Of a stretch of DNA of 64,000 nt, positions 52,819 to 63,218 are shown piece after piece. The stretch is from NCBI GenBank assembly GCA_038087875.1, contig JAXLNO010000611.1, forward strand, positions 62,001 to 126,000. Reading direction: 5' to 3'. Each line of letters opens with the position of its first letter. The stretch's first letter is position 1. Position numbers and translations under genes: made by a program. Source of the DNA: Malacoraja senta. Taxonomy: Eukaryota. The notes beneath the pieces are model-generated. The model ran no database searches. It saw only the letters and a list, made by a program, of their open reading frames with translations, and was not told where the DNA came from.

Positions 52819-53040
52819 CGTAGGGTCTTCGTCCTTTTTTGTTGTTACATTTTCTACACTTTTCTACACTTTCACTTTTTCCTTCACTTTCTTCTCTCTT
52901 TCAATCTTTTGCTTTTCTAGTGTAAAAATAAATAAAAAAAATAAAGGGAGTACATTAATTGTAAGAAGATACAAATGACGAGTATTAATGTATGTGGTTG
53001 TAATGTAATGTACTTCTAATAAATAAAAATTAAAAAAAAA

Positions 53041-53077
<37 letters not shown>
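52819..53077 (+). mobile_element. L1 3'-UTR fragment with long poly(A), related to the L1 at 5995-9626
   Basis: Shares GGAGTACATTAATTGTAA, GTACTTCTAATAAATAAAA and TTTTCCTTCACTTTCT with the reverse complement of ~6010-6210. AATAAA, then an A-tail with a pure run at 53046-53077. Confidence 0.85.
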
Positions 53078-53081
<4 letters not shown>

Positions 53082-53294
53082 CCTTTTGCATTTTCAAAGC
53101 AAATCACCTGTTGCATTTTCAAAGCAAACCACCATTTCCATTTTCAAACCACCTTTTGCATTTTCAAACCAAATCACCTTTTGCATTTTCAAAGCAAACC
53201 ACTTTTTCCATTTTCAAAGCAAACCACCTTTTGTATTTTCAAAGCAAGCCACCTTTTGCATTTTTAAAACAAAACAGTTTTTGCATTCTCAAAG

Positions 53295-53513
53295 CACGTG
53301 CCAGCCCTCGTACCTCCTGACGAGGGTTCGACCATCTCTGTATAGGCTGACGCCATAGGACCCCCCCCACAAGAACTGGAGCGAGGAATAGAATCGTCGA
53401 GGGTGGCTCCTGCAAGTAGGTCGGGGACACCCCGGGCGCGGGTCGGGACGGAGGCGCCCGCGGGCGCTGTCCACGCTCCGCGTGGGCGATCCCGAGTTAC
53501 CGAGGGGTGCGAG
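53295..53513 (-). mobile_element. Variant Y, third copy
   Basis: Nearly identical to 47577-47795 and 48229-48448. Confidence 0.6.
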
Positions 53514-55189
53514 GTTTGAATTTTCGAAGTAAACCTTTTGCATTTTCAAAGCAAACCACCTGTTGCATTTTCAAAGCAAACCACCTATTGCATTTTCAAA
53601 GCAAACCACCTTTTGAATTTTCATAGCAAACCACCTTTTGCATTTTCGAATCAAACTACCTTTTTTCATTTTCAAACCAAAATTGTTTATGCATTCTCAA
53701 AGCAAACCACCGTTTGCATTTTCAAAGCAAACCGCCTTTTGCATTTTCAAAGTAAACCACCTTTTGCATTTTCAAAGCAAGCCACCTTTGGCATTTTCAA
53801 AGCAAACCACCTGTTGCATTTTCAAAGCAAACCACAATTTGCATTTTCAAAGTAAACCTTCATTTGCATTTTCAAAGCAAACCTTATGCATTTTCAAATC
53901 AAACCTTTTGCATTTTCAAAGCAAACCTTTTGCATTTTCAAACCAAATCACAATTTGCATTGAAAACAAAACCCACATTTCCATTTTCAAACCAAATAAT
54001 TTGCATTTTCAAACCACCATTTGCATTTTTAAACCAAACCACCATTTGCATTTTCAAACCAAACCACCATTTGCACTTTCATAACAAACCAGCATTTGCA
54101 TTTTCAAAGTAAACCACCATTTGCATTTTCAAAGCAAACCTTTTGCATTTTCAAACCAAACCTTTTGCATTTTCAAAGCAAGCCTTTTGCATTTTCAAAC
54201 CAAACCTTTTGCATTTTCAAGCCAAACCTTTTGCATTTTCAAACCAAACCACCGTTTGCATTTTAAAACCAAACCATGATTTGCATTTTGAAACCAAACC
54301 ACATTTTGCATTTTCAAACCAAAGCACCTTTTGCATTTTGAAACCAAACTAACTTTTGCATTTTCAAACAAACCTTTTGCATTTTCAAAGCAAATCTTTT
54401 CCATTTTCAAACCAAACCATCTTTCCATTTCCAAACCAAACCACCATTTGCATTCTCAAAACAAACCACAATTTGCATTTTCAAAGCAAACCTTTTGCAT
54501 TTTCGAAGCAAACCATTTGCATTTTCAAAGCAAACCACCATTTCCATTTTCAAAGCAAACCACCAGTTGCATTTTCAAACCAAACCACCATTTGCATTTT
54601 CAAACCAAACCACCATTTGCATTTTCAAACCAAACCACCATTTGCATTTTCAATCCAAACCACAATTTGCATGTTCAAACCAAGCCACCATTTGCATTTT
54701 CAAGCAAACCTTCATTTGCATTTTCAAAGCAAACCTTATGCATTTTCAAAGCAAACCTTTTGCATTTTTCAAAGCTAATCTTTTGCATTTTCATACCTAA
54801 TCACAATTTGCATTTACAAACCAAACCAACATTTCCATTTTCAAACCTAATAATCTGCATTTTCAAACAACCCTTTGTATTTTCAAACCAAACCGCCATT
54901 TGCATTTCAAACCAAAGCACCATTTGCATTTTCAAACCAAACCACGATTTGCATTTTGAAACCAAACCACATTTTGCATTTTCAAACCAAAGCACATTTT
55001 GCATTTTGAAACGAAACTAACTTTTGCATTTTCAAAGCAAACCTTTTGCATTTTCAAAGCAAACCGTTTGCATTTTCAAAACAAACCTTTTCCATTTTCA
55101 AACCAAACCATCTTTCCATTTCCAAACCAAACCATCTTTCCATTTCCAAACCAAACCACCATTTGCATTTTCAAAACAAACCACCATTT

Positions 55190-55416
55190 CTGTGGAATTC
55201 TCTGCCACAGAAGGTAGTTGAGGCCAGTTCATTGGCTATATTTAAGAGGGAGTTAGATGTGGCCCTTGTGGCTAAAGGGATCAGGGGGTATGGAGAGAAG
55301 GAAGGGATGGGATACTGAGTTGGATGATCTGCCATGATCATATCAAATGGCGGTGCAGGCTCGAAGGGCCGAATGGCCTACTCCTGCGCCTATTTTCTAT
55401 GTTTCTATGTTTCTAT
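55190..55416 (+). mobile_element. CR1 family b 3'-terminal fragment
   Basis: LWNSLPQKVVEASSLAIFKRELDVALVAKGIRGYGEK matches the end of 40503-41941. Tail (TTTCTATG)n. Confidence 0.92.
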
Positions 55417-55544
55417 TTGCATTTTCAAAGCAAACCTTTTGCATTTTCAAAGCAAACCATTTGCATTTTCAAAGCAAATCTTTTGCATTTTCAAAGCAAA
55501 CCACCATTTGCATTTTCAAACCAAACCACCATTTGCATTTTCAA

Positions 55545-56649
55545 TCCTCAAGTACAATTGAAAATAGATAACATAAGTGTAGAAAGAGTATATTAATATC
55601 AATTTCTTGGTGTGATATTAGACCACAAAATCTGCTGGAAACCACATATAAACCACGTCAAAGCAAAACTGGCAGAATCTATAGCAATATTGGGAAAATC
55701 AAGACAAATTCTGGACCACAAATCATTACATACTCTGTATAATACACTCATATTGCCATATATGAGTTACTGTGTGGAGATATGGGGTAACACCTGCAAA
55801 ACCAACCTACAGCCGTTATGCACATTACAAAAAATAGCAATAAGAATTATCAATAACGTTGGAAATCTTGAACATACCAATTTATTATTCTTAAAGTCAC
55901 ATACACTGAAGTTCACCGACCTGGTTAAATTTAAGAATGCGCAAATCATGTACAAAGCAATAAATAATTTACTTCCAAGAAATATACAAAAACTGTTTAT
56001 GGAAAGACAGGGTGGGTATAATTTGAGAATGGAACTTAATTTTAAAAAACTCAATGTCAGAACAACTCTTAAAAGTATGTGCATAGCAATCTGTGGGGTG
56101 ACTTTTTGGAATGGTCTTGAACAGGAGATAAAACTTATCATAAACATAATTCAGTTTAAAAAGATGTACAAAAACACTTTTTTAAAGGATATTGGGATGA
56201 GGATAGGTGATTGTGAGTGGGATATTTGTTCTACTGATTGTATTGGGAAAGGTGATTATAGGGTGATGGGTTGTATATATGACTAAGAGATACTGTATAG
56301 TATATGAGGGTTTTTCTTTTATTTTTTATTTTTTTTTCTTTTTTGTATGGCTTTGTAAATATTTGATTAGTGTATAAATGTAAATAATTTGGTGTACATA
56401 TAGCTGCTGGTGTACATATGGTGTACATATAGCTGCTAAGTTTGTATAAGATAATTATAAGCAGTTGAATAAGGGGTGGGAATTAATACGCTTTGGCTTC
56501 TTCCTGCTCCTTTTCGGACATACGATTTCATTTATTTATAGATATTGTTTATGACACTTTATTAATATTCTTGTTTTGTTTTTTGTATGCTGTTTCACAC
56601 TTGCTTTTAATTCTTTTATTCTGTTCGAAATAAAGAATTTAAAAAAAAA
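55545..56649 (+). mobile_element. 5'-truncated LINE of the L2/Crack/Daphne-like group (ORF2 C-terminus, AT-rich 3' UTR, A tail)
   Basis: FLGVILDHKICWKPHI, LYNTLILPYMSYCVEIWGNT, LQKIAIRII..EHTNLLF, YNLR, GVTFWNGL; ends AATAAAGAATTTA9. Clade assignment is from motif recall only. Confidence 0.8.
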
Positions 56650-58192
56650 CATACCACCTTTTGCATTTTAAAACCAAACCACCTTTTGCGTTTTCAAAGC
56701 AAACTAACTTTTGCATTTTCAAAGCAAACCTTTTGCATTTTCAAAGCAAACCTTTTCCTTTTTCAAACCAAACCATCTTTTGCACTTCCAAACCAAACTA
56801 CCATTTGCATTTTAAACTAAACCACCTTTTCCATTTTCAAAGCAAACCACCATTTCCATTTTCAAAGCAAACCTTTTGCATTTTCAAAGCAAACCTTTTG
56901 TATTTCCAAACCAAACCTTTTGCATTTTCAAACCAAACCACCGTTTGCATTTTCAAAGCAAACCACCATTTGCATTTTCAAAGCAAACCACCATTTGCAT
57001 TTTCAAACCAAACCACCTTTTGCATTTTCAAACCAAACCACCTTTTGCATTTTCAAAGCAAATTAACTTTAGGATTTTCAAAGAAAACCTTTTGCATTTA
57101 CAAAGCAAACCTTTTCCATTTTCAAACCAAACCATCTTTTGCATTTCCAAACGAAACCACCATTTACATTTTCAAACCAAACCACCTTTTGCATTTTCAA
57201 AGCAAACCACCTTTTGCATTTTCAAACCAAACCTTTTGCATTTACAAGCCAAACCTTTTGCATTTTCAAACCAAACCACCGTTTGCATTTTAAAACCAAA
57301 CCATGATTTGCATTTTGAAACCAAACCACATTTTGCATTTTCAAACCAAAGCACCTTTTGCATTTTGAAACCAAACTAACTTTTGCATTTTCAAACAAAC
57401 CTTTTGCATTTTCAAAGCAAATCTTTTCCATTTTCAAACCAAACCATCTTTCCATTTCCAAACCAAACCACCATTTGCATTTTCAAAACAAACCACAATT
57501 TGCATTTTCAAAGCAAACCTTTTGCATTTTCGAAGCAAACCATTTGCATTTTCAAAGCAAACCACCATTTCCATTTTCAAAGCAAACCACCAGTTGCATT
57601 TTCAAACCAAACCACCATTTGCATTTTCAAACCAAACCACCATTTGCATTTTCAAACCAAACCACCATTTGCATTTTCAATCCAAACCACAATTTGCATG
57701 TTCAAACCAAGCCACCATTTGCATTTTCAAGCAAACCTTCATTTGCATTTTCAAAGCAAACCTTATGCATTTTCAAAGCAAACCTTTTGCATTTTTCAAA
57801 GCTAATCTTTTGCATTTTCATACCTAATCACAATTTGCATTTACAAACCAAACCAACATTTCCATTTTCAAACCTAATAATCTGCATTTTCAAACAACCC
57901 TTTGTATTTTCAAACCAAACCGCCATTTGCATTTCAAACCAAAGCACCATTTGCATTTTCAAACCAAACCACGATTTGCATTTTGAAACCAAACCACATT
58001 TTGCATTTTCAAACCAAAGCACATTTTGCATTTTGAAACGAAACTAACTTTTGCATTTTCAAAGCAAACCTTTTGCATTTTCAAAGCAAACCGTTTGCAT
58101 TTTCAAAACAAACCTTTTCCATTTTCAAACCAAACCATCTTTCCATTTCCAAACCAAACCACCATTTGCATTTTCAAAACAAACCACCATTT

Positions 58193-58419
58193 CTGTGGAA
58201 TTCTCTGCCACAGAAGGTAGTTGAGGCCAGTTCATTGGCTATATTTAAGAGGGAGTTAGATGTGGCCCTTGTGGCTAAAGGGATCAGGGGGTATGGAGAG
58301 AAGGAAGGGATGGGATACTGAGTTGGATGATCTGCCATGATCATATCAAATGGCGGTGCAGGCTCGAAGGGCCGAATGGCCTACTCCTGCGCCTATTTTC
58401 TATGTTTCTATGTTTCTAT
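58193..58419 (+). mobile_element. CR1 family b 3' fragment, duplicate of 55190-55416
   Basis: Same sequence and same flanking junctions. Confidence 0.92.
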
Positions 58420-58638
58420 TTGCATTTTCAAAGCAAACCTTTTGCATTTTCAAAGCAAACCATTTGCATTTTCAAAGCAAATCTTTTGCATTTTCAAAGC
58501 AAACCACCATTTGCATTTTCAAAGCAACCCTTTTGCATTTTCAAACCAAACCTTTTGCATTACCAAAGCTAACTTTTGGCATTTTCAAACAAAACCACCA
58601 TTTGCATTTTCAAACCAAACCACCATTTGCATTTTCAA

Positions 58639-59742
58639 TCCTCAAGTACAATTGAAAATAGATAACATAAGTGTAGAAAGAGTATATTAATATCAATTTC
58701 TTGGTGTGATATTAGACCACAAAATCTGCTGGAAACCACATATAAACCACGTCAAAGCAAAACTGGCAGAATCTATAGCAATATTGGGAAAATCAAGACA
58801 AATTCTGGACCACAAATCATTACATACTCTGTATAATACACTCATATTGCCATATATGAGTTACTGTGTGGAGATATGGGGTAACACCTGCAAAACCAAC
58901 CTACAGCCGTTATGCACATTACAAAAAATAGCAATAAGAATTATCAATAACGTTGGATATCTTGAACATACCAATTTATTATTCTTAAAGTCACATACAC
59001 TGAAGTTCACCGATCTGGTTAAATTTAAGAATGCGCAAATCATGTACAAAGCAAGAAATAATTTACTTCCAAGAAATATACAAAAACTGTTTATGGAAAG
59101 ACAGGGTAGGTATAATTTGAGAATGGAACTTAATTTTAAAAAACTCAATGTCAGAACAACTCTTAAAAGTATGTGCATAGCAATCTGTGGGGTGACTTTT
59201 TGGAATGGTCTTGAACAGGAGATAAAACTTATCATAAACATAATTCAGTTTAAAAAAGATGTACAAAACACTTTTTAAAGGATATTGGGATGAGGATAGG
59301 TGATTGTGAGTGGGATATTTGTTCTACTGATTGTATTGGGAAGGGTGATTATAGGGTGATGGGTTGTATATATGACTAAGAGATACTGTATAGTATATGA
59401 GGGTTTTTCTTTTATTTTTTATTTTTTTCTCTTTTTTGTATGGCTTTGTAAATATTTGATTAGTGTATAAATGTAAATAATTTGGTGTTCATATAGCTGC
59501 TGGTGTACATATGTTGTACATATAGCTGCTAAGTTTGTATAAGATAATTATAAGCAGTTGAATAAGGGGTGGGAATTAATACGCTTTGGCTTCTTCCTGC
59601 TCCTTTTCGGACATACGATTTCATTTATTTATAGATATTGTTTATGACACTTTATTAATATTCTTGTTTTGTTTTTTGTATGCTGTTTCACACTTGCTTT
59701 TAATTCTTTTATTCTGTTCGAAATAAAGAATTAAAAAAAAAA
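58639..59742 (+). mobile_element. L2/Crack-like LINE fragment, duplicate of 55545-56649
   Basis: Same breakpoints and same upstream in-frame stop; only a few substitutions and small indels differ. Confidence 0.8.
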
Positions 59743-60850
59743 CATACCACCTTTTGCATTTTAAAACCAAACCACCTTTTGCGTTTTCAAAGCAAACTAA
59801 CTTTTGCATTTTCAAAGCAAACCTTTTGCATTTTCAAAGCAAACCTTTTCCTTTTTCAAACCAAACCATCTTTTGCACTTCCAAACCAAACTACCATTTG
59901 CATTTTAAACTAAACCACCTTTTCCATTTTCAAAGCAAACCACCATTTCCATTTTCAAAGCAAACCTTTTGCATTTTCAAAGCAAACCTTTTGTATTTCC
60001 AAACCAAACCTTTTGCATTTTCAAAGCAAACCACCGTTTGCATTTTCAAAGCAAACCACCATTTGCATTTTCAAAGCAAACCACCATTTGCATTTTCAAA
60101 CCAAACCACCTTTTGCATTTTCAAACCAAACCACCTTTTGCATTTTCAAAGCAAACTAACTTTTGGATTTTCAAAGAAAACCTTTTGCATTTACAAAGCA
60201 AACCTTTTCCATTTTCAAACCAAACCATCTTTTGCATTTCCAAACGAAACCACCATTTACATTTTCAAACCAAACCACCTTTTGCATTTTCAAAGCAAAC
60301 CACCTTTTGCATTTTCAAAGCAAATCTTTTGCATTTTCAAAGCAAACCTTTTGCATTTTCAGAGCAAACCTTTTGCATTTTCAAACCAAAACTACTTTTA
60401 CATTTTCAAACCAAACCTCCATTTGTATTTTCAAACCAAACCTCCTTTTGCATTTTCAAATCAAACCTTTTGAATTTTCAAAGCAAACCTTTGCATTTTC
60501 AAAGCAAACATTTTGCATTTTCAAAGCAAACTACCTTTTGCATTTTCAAAGCAAACCACATTTTGCATTTTCAAAGCAAACCTTATGCATTTTCAAACCA
60601 AAACCTCTTTTGCATTTTCAAACCAAACCACCATTTGCATTTTCAAACCAAACCACCTTTTGCATTTTCAAACCAAACATCCTTTTGCATTTTCAAACCA
60701 AACCTCCTTTTGCATTTTCAAACCAATGCTCCTTTTGCATTTTCAAGGCAAACTTTTTGCATTTTCAAAGCAAACCTTTTGCATTTTCAAACCAAATCTT
60801 TTGCATTTTCAAACCAAACCTTTTGCATTTGCATACCAAACCACCTTTTT

Positions 60851-62784
60851 GATGGTTGGAATAACTTTGAGATCCACTTTCCTGAAGACCAGACACCGGG
60901 CATTCATGTCTGATGATACAGTGGTCTACAAGAAGTCCAGATACGACCTTGGTAAGGCCATCAAAAAGGCCATAAGAAACTTCTGCTCCAACTGGAGGAT
61001 GAGACAGATGTTTGGCAGCTGTGGCGGGGCCTGAATGCAATCACCTCCTACAAGGCAAAATCAGGAGGCAGCTCGAATGTTTGCGTATTATCACTCCCTG
61101 ACGAGGGCAATGCGTTTTACGCACGCTTTGATAGGGATAACACTGATGTGCCTTCTCATGCCCCCATTCGCTGTGATGGTATTGCAGTCAGACTCACAGA
61201 GGCCGGCGTCAGAAAAACCCTTCAGAGGGGTGAACCCTCGAAAAGCGCCTGCACCTGCTGGTATACCTGGTCGTGTTCTAAAAACCTGTGCGGACCAACT
61301 GGCTGGAGTTTTTACGGACATTTTCAACCTCTCACTTCTGAGGTCTGAGGTTCCCACCTGCTTCAAAAGGGCATAAGTTATACCATTGCCCAAGAAGAGT
61401 AACGTGACGTGCCTCAATGACTATCGACCAGTGGCACTAACGCCTGTAGTGATGAAGTGCTTTGAGAGGTTGATCATGGCGAAAATCAACTCCTACCTCG
61501 ACAAAAACTCGGACCCACTGTTCGCTTACCACTACAACAGATCAACGGTGGATGCGATCTCGCTGGCTCTCCACTCCACACTGGATCACTTGGACAAGAA
61601 AAACTCATATGTCAGGCTGTTATTCATTGATTACAGCTCGGCGTTTAATAGAATCATCCTCTCCAAGCTGGTTACCAAACTCGCAGAACTGGGTCTCTGC
61701 GCATCTCTCTGCAATTGGATCCTCGACTTCCTCATTCACAGAACACAGACTGTTCGAATTGGTGGGAAGGTGTCAGCCTCGATAACAATTAGCACGGGAG
61801 CACCTCAAGGCTGCGTGCTCAGCCCCCTGCTGTACTCACTCTATATTAATGACTGCGTAGCTGGTCACAGTGAGAACTCCATCATCAAGTTCGCTGACGA
61901 CACCACTGTTGTGGAACGTATCACTGATAGGGACGAGTCAGAGTATAGAAGAGAGATCGAGCAACTGTCCATATGGTGCCAGCACAATTATCTGGCCCTC
62001 AACGCCAGCAAAACCAAGGAACTGATTGTGGACTTTGGAAGAGGTAGGATGGGGACACACAGTCCTGTTTATATCAACGGGTCGATGGTGGAAAGGGTCA
62101 AGAGCTTCAAATTCCTGAGCGTGCACATCTCTGAAGATCTCTCCTGGTCCCAGAACACTGATAAATAAAGCACATCAGCGCCTCTACTTCCTGAGAAGAT
62201 TACGGAGAGTCGGTATGTCAAGGAGGACTCTCTCTAACTTCTACAGGTGCACAGTAGAGAGCATGCTACAAGAGTTGCATCGTGGCTTGGTTCGGCAATT
62301 TGTGCGCCCTGGAGAGGAAAAGACTACAAAAAGTTATAAACGCTACCCTGTCCATCATCGGCTCTGACCTCCCTACCATCGAGGGGATCTATCGCAGTCG
62401 TTGCCTCAAAAAGGCTGGCAGCATCATCAAGGACCCACACGATCCTGGCCACACATTCATCTCCCCGCTACCTTCAGGTAGAAGGTACAGGAGCCTCAAG
62501 ACGGCAACGTCCAGTTTCAGAAACAGCTTCTTCCCCACAGCCATCATGCTATTGAACTCAACAAACAAAACTATGAACATTAATAGCCCATTATCTGTTT
62601 ATTTGCACTTGATCCGTTTTATTTATTCATGTGTGTATATATTTATACAATGGTATATGGACACACCGATCTGTTCTGTATTCATGCCTTCTATATTCTG
62701 TTGTGCTGAAGCAAAGCAAGAATTTCATTGTCCTATCTGGGACACGTGACAATAAACACTCTTGTATCTTGAACCTTGAATCTT
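60851..62784 (+). mobile_element. 5'-truncated Rex1/Babar LINE with RT remnants
   Basis: [111 protein letters not shown]. 3' end GAATTTCATTGT..GACAATAAA plus a (CTTGAA)-like tail. Several frameshifts and stops. Confidence 0.93.
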
Positions 62785-63023
62785 TTGCATGTTCAAGGCA
62801 AACCACCTTTCGCATTTTCAAAGCAAACTACCTTTTGCATTTTCAAAGCAAACCACCTTTTGCATTTTCAAAGCAAACAACTTTTTGCATTTTCAAAGGC
62901 AAACAATTTGCATTTTCAAAGGCAAACAATTTGCATTTTCAAAGCAAACCTTTTGCATTTTCAAAGCAAACCACCTTTTGATTTTCAAAGCAAACCGCCT
63001 TTTGTATTTTTCAAAGCAAACCG

Positions 63024-63199
63024 CTGTTTGAAACAACAAGTTTGAAACAAGTTTATTCATGGATAACCCCTTGAGATGGACAGTCATCTCGTTTTCGAGG
63101 AGGTCCAACATAGAACATACAGCACAAGACATAACATACATAGAGGCTCTCATTGACCCACCTACCCACACACTAATCCCAAAAACCCTCCATCCCCAC
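63024..63199 (-). mobile_element. Probable 3' end of another LINE (L2-like stem-loop, AATAAA, short repeat tail)
   Basis: Minus strand reads GGACCTCCTCGAAAACGAGATGACTGTCCATCTCAAGGGGTTATCCATGAATAAACTTGTTTCAAACTTG, with a GAGATG/CATCTC stem. No coding sequence to confirm. Confidence 0.45.
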
Positions 63200-63218
63200 T
63201 TGTTATAGTTTATAACAA

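Larger units (their letters stand above)
52682..63022 (+). repeat. Satellite B main array (25-bp monomer with 22-bp variants), interrupted by retroelement fragments
   Basis: Tandem (T/A)TTTGCATTTTCAAA(G/C)CAAACC(ACC) units throughout. Confidence 0.97.

Noticed and set aside
46924..53513. rDNA intergenic spacer with spacer promoters and enhancer repeats
   Set aside because: No rRNA sequence is present in the window, and the TG..CA termini, PPT and poly(A) signal favour an LTR.
47293..63045. Long F/K/Q/H-rich ORFs (HFQSKPPFAFSKQTTFCIFKAN)
   Set aside because: They are translations of satellite B, whose plus strand lacks stop codons in the consensus.
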